Of a stretch of DNA of 64,000 bases, positions 50,043 through 59,083 are shown one piece after another. The translations under genes and the position numbers were made by a program. The stretch's first letter is position 1. Each line of letters opens with the position of its first letter. The notes under the pieces are model-generated. The model had not been told where the DNA came from and searched no databases. It saw only the letters and a program-made list of their open reading frames with translations. Source of the stretch: an uncultured Thermoplasmatales archaeon (lineage in GTDB: Archaea; Thermoplasmatota; E2; DHVEG-1); the NCBI GenBank assembly GCA_964636235.1, contig CAZWQV010000004.1:3257-67256 (forward strand). Direction: 5' to 3'.

Positions 50043-51644
50043 ATGAGGGCAATTATTTTTGGTATTGATGGTGCAACATTCAACATTCTTCTTCCCATGA
50101 TAAAAAAGGGGCTCGTACCCAATATTAGTACTTCTTTTCATCATGGAGTCCATGGAAAATTACGTAGTGTATTTCCTCCTATAACGTTTCCAGCATGGAC
50201 TTCTTTTAAAACTGGAAAAAATCCTGCAAAACATGGAGTTTTTGATTTTTTAAAAGACGTTCCATATATGGATGATAAACCCTCAAAAGTATCTATTGCT
50301 GATAAAAAAGAACGATCATTTTTTTCATTATTAAGTGATTATGGGTATAAGCTTGGAGTACAAAATGTTCCTGCCACGTATCCGCCTGAAAAAATAAATG
50401 GAGTCTTTATATCTGGATTTAGTACGCCCAGCCTGCAACATTCTTTCACTTATCCGGAGAGTTTAAAACAGATACTGATGGATCAATTTGACTATGAATT
50501 TGATATTATCGAAAAAAGAATTGTTGGAAGGGAAGAAGAATTTCTACAACGATTAAAGGATACGACAGAAAAAATTGCAAAGACTGCTTGTTATCTTCTT
50601 AAACAAGATAACTATGATTTTTTTATGGTAAATTTTATGGCAGTTGACCAAATCCAGCATTTTTTCTATGGTTATAGAGATGCCAACCATCCGTTATATA
50701 CTCCTGAAAAAAAGAAATATGGATTAAAAATTGAGGAAATGTATCAACTCATTGATGAACAGATTGGAATAATCCAAAATCAGAACCCTGATCCCATTAA
50801 CATATTCTTTGTTTCTGATCATGGGTTTGGTCCATTAGAAAAAGTAGTTTATTTAAATGAATGGCTGCGAATGCAAGGGTTATTAACATTAAAAAATCAA
50901 CAGCAACCTCATCATAAAATAAACGCGGCAATTACTCAATTTCTTAATTCAATTGTTGAACATTTTCCAGATAGTCTTATTCGATTTGTTCCCCAATCAA
51001 TGAAAAATAAAGCAAATACGATTGTCTCCTGGACACAAGTGATAGATTGGAACAATACCAAAGCATATTCTGGAGGATATCCTGGAAAGATTTTTATTAA
51101 TATTAAAGGAAGAGAAAAAGAAGGAATTATTGAAAGGGGAAAAGAATATGATCAGCTGATATCAGAGATAAAAGAAAAAGCATGGCAGATGAAAGATCCT
51201 GAGACTGGAGAACTCATTGTCAGTGCTATCTATCAAAACCATGAAATGTATAATGGTAAATACTTTGATATTGCTCCTGATTTAATTATCATTATGAAAG
51301 ACATGGCCTATTTAAATAAACCTGGTTTTAATCATGGCAATATGATAGTGCCACCACCACAAGGAGGAGATCATAGGTTACATGGGATTTTTATTGCCAG
51401 TGGACCAGACATTGGTTATCAAAAAGAACCTTTGCATGATATTCACATCTGTGATATTGCACCAACAATACTACATATGTATAATGTTCCATTACTTTCA
51501 GATTTTGATGGAAAGGTATTAACTCAAATATTTAAAGAAAGTTCGCATTTCTTGGAACCATTAATATCAACAAAAAAGAATGATACTGAGAAAATCCTAT
51601 TAGATGATACAATTCAATTATTAAAACAAAAAAAGAAATTATAA
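50043..51644 (+). CDS. Alkaline phosphatase superfamily (type I phosphodiesterase/nucleotide pyrophosphatase)
   Basis: GIDGAT, SVFPPITFPAW, TGKNPAKHG, DQIQH, VSDHGFG, GDHR..G, DIAPTIL. Confidence 0.88.
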   Translation: MRAIIFGIDGATFNILLPMIKKGLVPNISTSFHHGVHGKLRSVFPPITFPAWTSFKTGKNPAKHGVFDFLKDVPYMDDKPSKVSIADKKERSFFSLLSDYGYKLGVQNVPATYPPEKINGVFISGFSTPSLQHSFTYPESLKQILMDQFDYEFDIIEKRIVGREEEFLQRLKDTTEKIAKTACYLLKQDNYDFFMVNFMAVDQIQHFFYGYRDANHPLYTPEKKKYGLKIEEMYQLIDEQIGIIQNQNPDPINIFFVSDHGFGPLEKVVYLNEWLRMQGLLTLKNQQQPHHKINAAITQFLNSIVEHFPDSLIRFVPQSMKNKANTIVSWTQVIDWNNTKAYSGGYPGKIFINIKGREKEGIIERGKEYDQLISEIKEKAWQMKDPETGELIVSAIYQNHEMYNGKYFDIAPDLIIIMKDMAYLNKPGFNHGNMIVPPPQGGDHRLHGIFIASGPDIGYQKEPLHDIHICDIAPTILHMYNVPLLSDFDGKVLTQIFKESSHFLEPLISTKKNDTEKILLDDTIQLLKQKKKL

Positions 51645-51875
51645 GTATACTACAAAAATAAACTATATTTTATTATATAATTATCAAGTGCGATATCAAT
51701 CTTATTGATCATTCTCATATCTATTAGTTTTTTATAAACTAATTAAAAAAATATTTAAATAAATATTAAAATGTTTAGAAAAATTGATAATAGAAGGAAT
51801 GATTACTAATATCATCAATTAAACTTTGATATTAATACGAATGAAATTGATTGGTATAATACTAATGATTCATGG

Positions 51876-52793
51876 ATGGTTAATGGTGTGGAAAAAGTAA
51901 CCGTAATACTGGCGACCTATAATAGAAAACAATTTTTAAAGACTGCTTTAAATAGTATTTTACAACAGAGCTATCCAGTACATGAAATAATTGTTGTTGA
52001 TGATCATTCAGATTATGATATTATCTCATTTCTCAAGGAATATGAAAAGAAGATAACAATAATTATTAATTCCAGTCGAAAAGGCTCAGCATACACATAT
52101 AATAAAGGAATTAGACAAAGTCATTCTGAGTATATTACAATTCTTAATGATGATGATATTTTTCATCCTACTAAAATTGAAAAACAATTAACCATTTTAC
52201 AACAAAATACTAACCTAGGTTTAGTCTATTGTCCGATTGGTTCCTTTTATAACAATAATATATTGTACGAACCAATAACAAAGCAAAAAAATAGATGGAT
52301 TGGCCTTCGTCATCTCAATAATATCGGTATAACACCGCTTATTAAAAAAGAATGTTTTGATAGGTGTGGATTATTTGATACTGATTTATCTTATAATGAA
52401 GATCGAGACCTTTGGTATCGAATAGGTAAACAGTATGCTTTTGGTTTTCATCCAGATCCATTATACATCGAATATAATCATAATATCCCTCGTCTCTCTT
52501 CCTCATTGAAAGATATTTGTGATGGAAGAATTGCACTATATAGAAAACATGCACATGATTTCGATTTAAAAAGTGAGTATTATTCCAATCTATTTTTTGA
52601 ATTAGCTCAAGAACATCAATTATTTGGCGATTATACCAATTATTTATCATATCTGATAAAATCATTACAATATAAACCTTCTCAATTAATTGAATATTTA
52701 CAGGTTCCGATTGAAAAAGTAATAGCGAAAAAATATTATAGTTCTGATGAAAGCATCATAAAATTATTAAATAATGGGGGGAAATTATATTAG
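51876..52793 (+). CDS. GT2 glycosyltransferase
   Basis: ATYNR, VVDDHS, LNDDD, KIEKQ, GLFD, EDRDLW.RI. Confidence 0.88.
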   Translation: MVNGVEKVTVILATYNRKQFLKTALNSILQQSYPVHEIIVVDDHSDYDIISFLKEYEKKITIIINSSRKGSAYTYNKGIRQSHSEYITILNDDDIFHPTKIEKQLTILQQNTNLGLVYCPIGSFYNNNILYEPITKQKNRWIGLRHLNNIGITPLIKKECFDRCGLFDTDLSYNEDRDLWYRIGKQYAFGFHPDPLYIEYNHNIPRLSSSLKDICDGRIALYRKHAHDFDLKSEYYSNLFFELAQEHQLFGDYTNYLSYLIKSLQYKPSQLIEYLQVPIEKVIAKKYYSSDESIIKLLNNGGKLY

Positions 52794-54210
52794 TACTGGT
52801 TTTAAGAGTAAAAATTGGTTAGTTCTTAATTTACCGGATACTCCAACAAATGTTATTAGTAGGAGTTGGGCCGGTACTTTTGGAACAGCTGAGATAAAAA
52901 CACAACAAAAAGTACGAAGATTTCTACCAATTTGGATGCTCTATACAATTTCAGCATTAATCAATGATAGCGCATCGTTTCGGGTAATGGATGCTCAAGC
53001 TGAAGGCCTTGATAATAATCAAACGTATGAAGCAATCAAGAAAATGAACCCAGATGCTATCATAACCCTCATCTGTCTTCCATCTTATCATAATGATTGT
53101 GCATTGATAAAAAAGATAAAACAATCCTTTCCAGAAACAATTATTGTTATCCTTGGAGGTCTTGTATATATTGATCCACAAAAAATGTTAGAACAATCAG
53201 ATGCTGATATTCTTTTACACGCAAGATTTCCATTTTATAACTCTGTTAAAGCATTTCTTTCAAAGGGATTTGATGCAGATGGGATCATATATAAGAAAAG
53301 AAATAGTATTGAAATTAACCCTGCGATTGCAGATTCAAATGATCTTGATTATATTAATATACAAGCGTATGATTATTTACCACTTAATAAGTACATTCTC
53401 AGTGCAACAGATCGGGAGGGAAACACTATTTCATGGCTTCCTATTCTTACTGGTGTAGGATGCCCTTATTCCTGTACTTATTGTGCCTACCCGATTGCAT
53501 ATGGAAAAAAAATTCATTATAAGACTATTGATAAGATCATTGATGAGATACAACATATAGTAAAAACATATCATATTTCTGGATATTGTTTGCGAGATGT
53601 TGTTTTTACCAAAGATCGGGATAGAGTCATTAGTTTTTGTAAGAAATTAGAAGAAAAAAATCTTAAGATAAAATTTTTCTTTGAAACAAGAATTGGATTG
53701 CTAGATAAAAAACTTATTGATATCTTAAAAAAAGCGGGCTGCTTTCAAATGAATATAGGTGTAGAATCTGGAAGTCCTGATATTCTCAAAAAAGTAGGAA
53801 AACCAGGGATAAATATTAATCTGTTAAAAGAAACATTTCATTTATTAGACCAGGCTGGAATTAACACTATGGCTCATATTATTATTGGTCTACCTGGTGA
53901 AAATAAACACACTATAAAACAAACCTATAATCTATTGAAAAAAATACATGCGACAGAAGTAAATGTAAATTTTATTACTCCCTATCCTGGTACGAAATTT
54001 TATGATTATGCAACAAAGAATGATTTGATTTTAGATTATAATTGGGATAATTATACCAGCCATAATCTTGTAATGAAATCAGAGTATTTATCCGGAGAAA
54101 AATTGAAAAAACAAGGTATGAGACTTGAAAGAAAGCTATTTTTTTATAAATTACTTCATAATAAGCAATTTAGAATACAATGGATAAAAAATAGAAGAAA
54201 CCATGACTAA
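52774..54210 (+). CDS. B12-binding-domain radical SAM protein (class B/HpnJ-BchE-like)
   Basis: N-terminal cobalamin-binding-like domain (DAQAE, GG), GCPYSCTYC, GVESGS, IIGLPGE, TPYPGT. Confidence 0.85.
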   Translation: MGGNYISTGFKSKNWLVLNLPDTPTNVISRSWAGTFGTAEIKTQQKVRRFLPIWMLYTISALINDSASFRVMDAQAEGLDNNQTYEAIKKMNPDAIITLICLPSYHNDCALIKKIKQSFPETIIVILGGLVYIDPQKMLEQSDADILLHARFPFYNSVKAFLSKGFDADGIIYKKRNSIEINPAIADSNDLDYINIQAYDYLPLNKYILSATDREGNTISWLPILTGVGCPYSCTYCAYPIAYGKKIHYKTIDKIIDEIQHIVKTYHISGYCLRDVVFTKDRDRVISFCKKLEEKNLKIKFFFETRIGLLDKKLIDILKKAGCFQMNIGVESGSPDILKKVGKPGININLLKETFHLLDQAGINTMAHIIIGLPGENKHTIKQTYNLLKKIHATEVNVNFITPYPGTKFYDYATKNDLILDYNWDNYTSHNLVMKSEYLSGEKLKKQGMRLERKLFFYKLLHNKQFRIQWIKNRRNHD

Positions 54211-54228
54211 TAATTTTTATTTCTCTTT

Positions 54229-55728
54229 TTATCTTTGCTTAAGTAGCGAAATCATAAATTTCATTTCTTCTTTTTTCAATCCTTTTATAAGATATAAAAT
54301 AATGAAATATGCAATCATACTTAAAAAAATACAGGCTATAAGACTAAAAAATGATGCTGGTTGCCATACATAACAAATAATTCCAACAATGGCTGAAGCA
54401 AATAGGGTTTTGAATAATGTTGTTGGTTTTATTCCAAACCGCATCTCTTTCATAGAAAAGATTATGATAATTATAGCTGAAAAACAATAGGATAGTAGAG
54501 TGGCAACAGCAGCACCTAAAATACCATAATAGGGGATAAGACCAAAATTTAAGATGAGATTTAAGAGAGCAGTAATTGTAACAATAATACCAATTTTTGA
54601 TGTTTTTTTACTCATGCGCAAGGTCTTATCATAGATTACGAAGAGACCTGAGAAAAGTGAACTTATTGCAATGAGGGGTGTGATAAACCAGCCGTTTTCT
54701 GCTATGTTAGAAGTTGTAAAAAAAGATAATATTTGCTTTGATAAAAAAGAGAGACCTACAATTGCAGGCAGGGCTAATAATAAATAAATTTTAAGAATAA
54801 AACGAAGGTACATTTTCACTTTTGAAATATCTCCCTCATCAAAAAATTTTGCAATTGTGGGCATTAAAACAAAATCAAATAATTCAACAACCATAAAAAA
54901 AAGAAAACCAACATTATATGCAGCTGCATAAATACCAACATTTGAAAATTCCATATAAAAACTTATTACATAACGATCACTAAACATGATTATCCATAGG
55001 GAAATTCCGGTTGGAATCAGTGGAAGACCATATTTTAAATATGTTTTTAAATCATGAAATCGGGGGAGTGAAATCCCAATTTCTGAAAAAATAATTACTA
55101 CATAAATAAAAACAAAACATATTTCTACAAATAAATAACCCTGAAGTGCACCAAAGATGCCGTTACCTAAATAGATCATATAAAATGCAAGGGCGATTTT
55201 TGCATAGTTATCAATAATTCTAAAGAAGGAATATAATTTAATTTTCCGTAATGAACGAAAATAAAATTGGCAAAGAATATTTGTTCCACCAATGAGAAAG
55301 ATAAATCCGGTTATAAACACAATATTTGTCTTATTATCGAAAAAATAATATGCAATTGTATCAGAAAAAATTATAAACAATAATAAGATAATAATTGAAA
55401 CAATAAATTTAAAAACTAAAATAGATAAAAAAAGTTGCTGTTTTTCACGTATTTTCTTTTTTGCTGGCAGAAAACGAACAAGAGCATTGTTTAATCCAAA
55501 GGATGCAATAGGACTTAAAATACCAATAGTTACCATAGCCTGTTGCCACAATCCATAACCATAGGCACCAAGTGTTTTTGTGATGAGTGGAATAAGAATG
55601 ATGCCACCAAGGGCAACTAAAATTTCAGCGATACCAACAAAACCAATATCCTTGATAAAGGTACCAATTTCAGAATGAGAAGAGTTATTATTTTTTGAAG
55701 ATGGAATCGTTTCGTTTTTTTGTTTCAT
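54229..55728 (-). CDS. Oligosaccharide flippase (Wzx/MOP family)
   Basis: LGAYGYG, GLNNALVRF, YGLPL, SDRYVI, VGIYAAAY, LNFGLIP.YGILGAAVAT. Confidence 0.9.
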   Translation of the reverse strand: MKQKNETIPSSKNNNSSHSEIGTFIKDIGFVGIAEILVALGGIILIPLITKTLGAYGYGLWQQAMVTIGILSPIASFGLNNALVRFLPAKKKIREKQQLFLSILVFKFIVSIIILLLFIIFSDTIAYYFFDNKTNIVFITGFIFLIGGTNILCQFYFRSLRKIKLYSFFRIIDNYAKIALAFYMIYLGNGIFGALQGYLFVEICFVFIYVVIIFSEIGISLPRFHDLKTYLKYGLPLIPTGISLWIIMFSDRYVISFYMEFSNVGIYAAAYNVGFLFFMVVELFDFVLMPTIAKFFDEGDISKVKMYLRFILKIYLLLALPAIVGLSFLSKQILSFFTTSNIAENGWFITPLIAISSLFSGLFVIYDKTLRMSKKTSKIGIIVTITALLNLILNFGLIPYYGILGAAVATLLSYCFSAIIIIIFSMKEMRFGIKPTTLFKTLFASAIVGIICYVWQPASFFSLIACIFLSMIAYFIILYLIKGLKKEEMKFMISLLKQR

Positions 55729-56017
55729 ATTTCCCTACGTTTTTTATTTGAATAGTTTTATTCTATTATTTGTTAGCCCAGAGAATGGAATGGATGAGAA
55801 CCGTTATCTTGTGGTTATTCAAATGCTTTTTTATTGATATCTAACCGGATATGGAAACATTTCTATTTTTCCACTTGTTTTAATTATTTTCTTTTAAATT
55901 TAAATTCAAATATATACTAATAATGATTTTATTCTATTAATTTTTATAATTTAATTAAAAAATTATTATCCATCGTAATTTTTATAAATTATTTTAGCAT
56001 ACTTTTTAATTAGGATT

Positions 56018-57295
56018 ATGAGGAATAAATTTTACTACTTTATGGTTAGTTTTTGTCTCTTATATATTATTATAAATAGTTCATTTGTTCTTGGATCTAC
56101 TCAGATTGAACCTGATAGTTTGGATAGTCCGATAAGAAAATATTTCAACAAACAAAAAATTTTATGGACATTTGATGATTATTATATATGTTATGATTTT
56201 CCACCCCATAGAGGTTTTTCTAATCTCACTAAAAGAATTATATCCTATGGCGGGCATGTGAATATAATGACAATTTTATTTCATGTTAATGAAGCAAAGG
56301 ATATTAAAAACTATTCCGTTATTGATGACTTAGGATGGGAACCACAGGAAATAAATAGAAGCTTAACATTTTTTTCACAGGAACATGTATATCCTGCATG
56401 TCATGGATGGGATGCAAGATCTGAACTATTAAACAATGCTTCTTTGGAAGAGGCATATGAAATTATAAACCATACACTTTGGAACTGGGAAAATAATTTT
56501 CATATACAACCAACGTTTTTCCTTGGTGATAGCACAAGTGGAAATTATAATATTACCCTTGCGTTAAAAAAATTTAGTGAAATATATTGGCCGGTTTATG
56601 GTGAAAATTTCCGCTGGGATCAAGAGGAACTTTTTTCTCCTCCAACAAGAGATACCCCTGCAATATCATACATAGGTAAAGAACCATATATAGCAATGTT
56701 TGATCCTTTATTTGGACTGCCTTGGGGCAATCCATGTGAATCGCTGGAAGATGCGCAAAATTTATTCATTAATCAAACTGAGAATAAGGAGATAATATTT
56801 ATCCGTGGACATCCATCTTCATTAAATAAGTCTGAAACAACTCCATACTATAGCCTTTGGATTGAATGGATCGATTGGATTTATCAAAACCACGAATTAA
56901 CTAACATTAATCATACCGAAGCAATTTATTATATTGCTGATAGAGAGGCATTTAAAATAGAACGGCAATCTCCTGACAAATTTATTATAAATTTATCTTC
57001 ATGTTCTTTTGATCATGATATTTTATTTTCACAACCTTATGATGGGTATTATTATAATTGGACATTGTATAGGGGGCAAAAGGAAGTTGCATCGTTTTAT
57101 GACGATTACACTATTCATTTATCTGCTGGTCAATCATACACAATGGAGACAAATGATAAAGTTGAGATTCCTTTAGAGAAAAATGCACAATATAAGAATA
57201 TTTATGAAAGAATACCTGGTTTGAATCTTATATTTTTGCTTCTTTGTTTTATTGTTATAAGCATTTTCATTAAAAAAATTCGAAACAAATCATAA
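56018..57295 (+). CDS. Secreted deacetylase-fold protein with PGF-CTERM-like anchor
   Basis: Signal peptide, WTFDDY, CHGWD, RGHP. C-terminus IPGL, then TM, then KKIRNKS. Confidence 0.6.
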   Translation: MRNKFYYFMVSFCLLYIIINSSFVLGSTQIEPDSLDSPIRKYFNKQKILWTFDDYYICYDFPPHRGFSNLTKRIISYGGHVNIMTILFHVNEAKDIKNYSVIDDLGWEPQEINRSLTFFSQEHVYPACHGWDARSELLNNASLEEAYEIINHTLWNWENNFHIQPTFFLGDSTSGNYNITLALKKFSEIYWPVYGENFRWDQEELFSPPTRDTPAISYIGKEPYIAMFDPLFGLPWGNPCESLEDAQNLFINQTENKEIIFIRGHPSSLNKSETTPYYSLWIEWIDWIYQNHELTNINHTEAIYYIADREAFKIERQSPDKFIINLSSCSFDHDILFSQPYDGYYYNWTLYRGQKEVASFYDDYTIHLSAGQSYTMETNDKVEIPLEKNAQYKNIYERIPGLNLIFLLLCFIVISIFIKKIRNKS

Positions 57296-57435
57296 AAAAA
57301 TTATTTATACAAATTATTTATTCCAAATGTTAATAATTTAATAATAAATATATTTTAAAAAGAATTCAATTTAGAAATATTTATTAAGAGCCGCTTGCTA
57401 ATATGCTGGGATATAGAAAATAGTGGTGAAGAGAG

Positions 57436-58947
57436 ATGAAATTGCCTAATTTACTCGTGTTCTCGAGTATAATGCTATTAGTATTGAGTAGCGTATCATT
57501 TATTAATTTAGTTTCTGCTGAAACAGAATGTTCAATTACCATTAATTTACCAAATAATCCAGTTACGTTAATCGTTAACAATGGAATTAGTAGTTATTTT
57601 CAAATGAATCTTACTGGGTTTCATTCTGAAAATGATATTACAAATGGGTCTTATCTTGGTTGGTGTGCCCAAAGAACTACGAAAATCAGCAGGGGCGTAT
57701 CCCATGGGGTATGGGTTTGTTCTAGTTATGATTTAACTTCGTCTTTTTCATCTTTTGAATATGTATCATGGGATAAAATCAATTACATAATTAATCATAA
57801 GGACTATTTTGATAATGATCCAATAATAATTCAACAATTAATTTGGAATTTGACAGATAACATTTCGTATTCTGATCCAATCATAAATGGTTATTTGCAG
57901 GATATTAATATTAATGGATCTGGTTATTGCCCATCTGATGGTGACATTATTGCTATTCTTGTTAAAAGTGGGGATAATATAATAAATCCTCAAAGAACTT
58001 TTTTTGAAACAAATGTTCCTGATCAAAACGAGGATGAGCCATCTGAAGATGATGATGAAGGTGGTGTGGTCTATGGCAACCATCCACCAACGGCGGATGC
58101 CACTGCTGGAGAACCTTATCAAGGTTTTGTTGGGGAATCAATTCTCTTTGATGGTTCATTAAGTTATGATGTTGATGGATGGATTAGAGCCTACTATTGG
58201 CAATTTGGTGATGGTCAAACAGGGACAGGTAGGACGTATTCCCAAGTTTTCAATGATGAAGGTATTTACTCAGTTTTATTAACAGTTGAGGATAATGATG
58301 GTGCAACAAATGGGTATTCTACTTCAGTTGAAATTCTAAGTGCAAATCAACCTCCAAGAAGTCCCACTCTTACCGGGCAAAGAGATATAGAAATTGATAC
58401 GATTACGCCCTTCACGGTAGTAGCAATTGATGAAGATAACGATACGATTCGATATATTATTGATTGGGGTGATGGAACAAATACTACTACTACAGATTTT
58501 TATGAAAATAACACCCCTGTTACTGTTTATCATTCCTGGTCTTCATCTAATTTATATTTAGTAAAGGTATTTGCAGAAGATGATTTAGGTAGTCCTTCTG
58601 ATACAACTCAACAATTTGTTTTTGTGAATGTAACTGTAATATTCATTGATGATGACATAGAGGGATATTTAATTGATTTTGGAAAAGATGGGCTCTTTGA
58701 CTCATTTCATAATAATGGAACTGGCATGGATACAGATGTTGAAAAGAATTCTGACGGATGGTATTTAATCGATAGTAACAATGATGGAGAATGGAATTAT
58801 CAGTATAGAGCAGATATAGGATTATTACCATATCAAATAGAACAACAAAAATTCAATTACACCTATATTATCCTCATTCTGGCTGCGATCATAATAATAA
58901 TCATTATAGCTTTCTTATATAAAAAAAGAAATATTCTAATCAAATAA
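57436..58947 (+). CDS. Surface-anchored protein, paralog of 33860-35452 (putative thioester-like domain plus PKD)
   Basis: Signal peptide, GWC/IQQLIW/QRTFF, PKD (FDGSLSYDVDG...WQFGDG), IDWGDG, DxNxDG module, TM plus KKR. Confidence 0.8.
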   Translation: MKLPNLLVFSSIMLLVLSSVSFINLVSAETECSITINLPNNPVTLIVNNGISSYFQMNLTGFHSENDITNGSYLGWCAQRTTKISRGVSHGVWVCSSYDLTSSFSSFEYVSWDKINYIINHKDYFDNDPIIIQQLIWNLTDNISYSDPIINGYLQDININGSGYCPSDGDIIAILVKSGDNIINPQRTFFETNVPDQNEDEPSEDDDEGGVVYGNHPPTADATAGEPYQGFVGESILFDGSLSYDVDGWIRAYYWQFGDGQTGTGRTYSQVFNDEGIYSVLLTVEDNDGATNGYSTSVEILSANQPPRSPTLTGQRDIEIDTITPFTVVAIDEDNDTIRYIIDWGDGTNTTTTDFYENNTPVTVYHSWSSSNLYLVKVFAEDDLGSPSDTTQQFVFVNVTVIFIDDDIEGYLIDFGKDGLFDSFHNNGTGMDTDVEKNSDGWYLIDSNNDGEWNYQYRADIGLLPYQIEQQKFNYTYIILILAAIIIIIIIAFLYKKRNILIK

Positions 58948-59083
58948 TCATAAAATTTTCTTTTTTAAATTTCGTAAAATCTATATAAAAATATTTTATT
59001 CAAATATTGCCACAAAGCCTAATATAATTGATCCTATGCTGAGGAATATTAGTAATCAATTGTTGGGAGGTAATTGAATTCAT

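Noticed and set aside
55729..56017. Mixed-composition stretch upstream of the flippase as a possible gene remnant or RNA
   Set aside because: No convincing ORF, hairpin or homology. It is consistent with a divergent promoter region.
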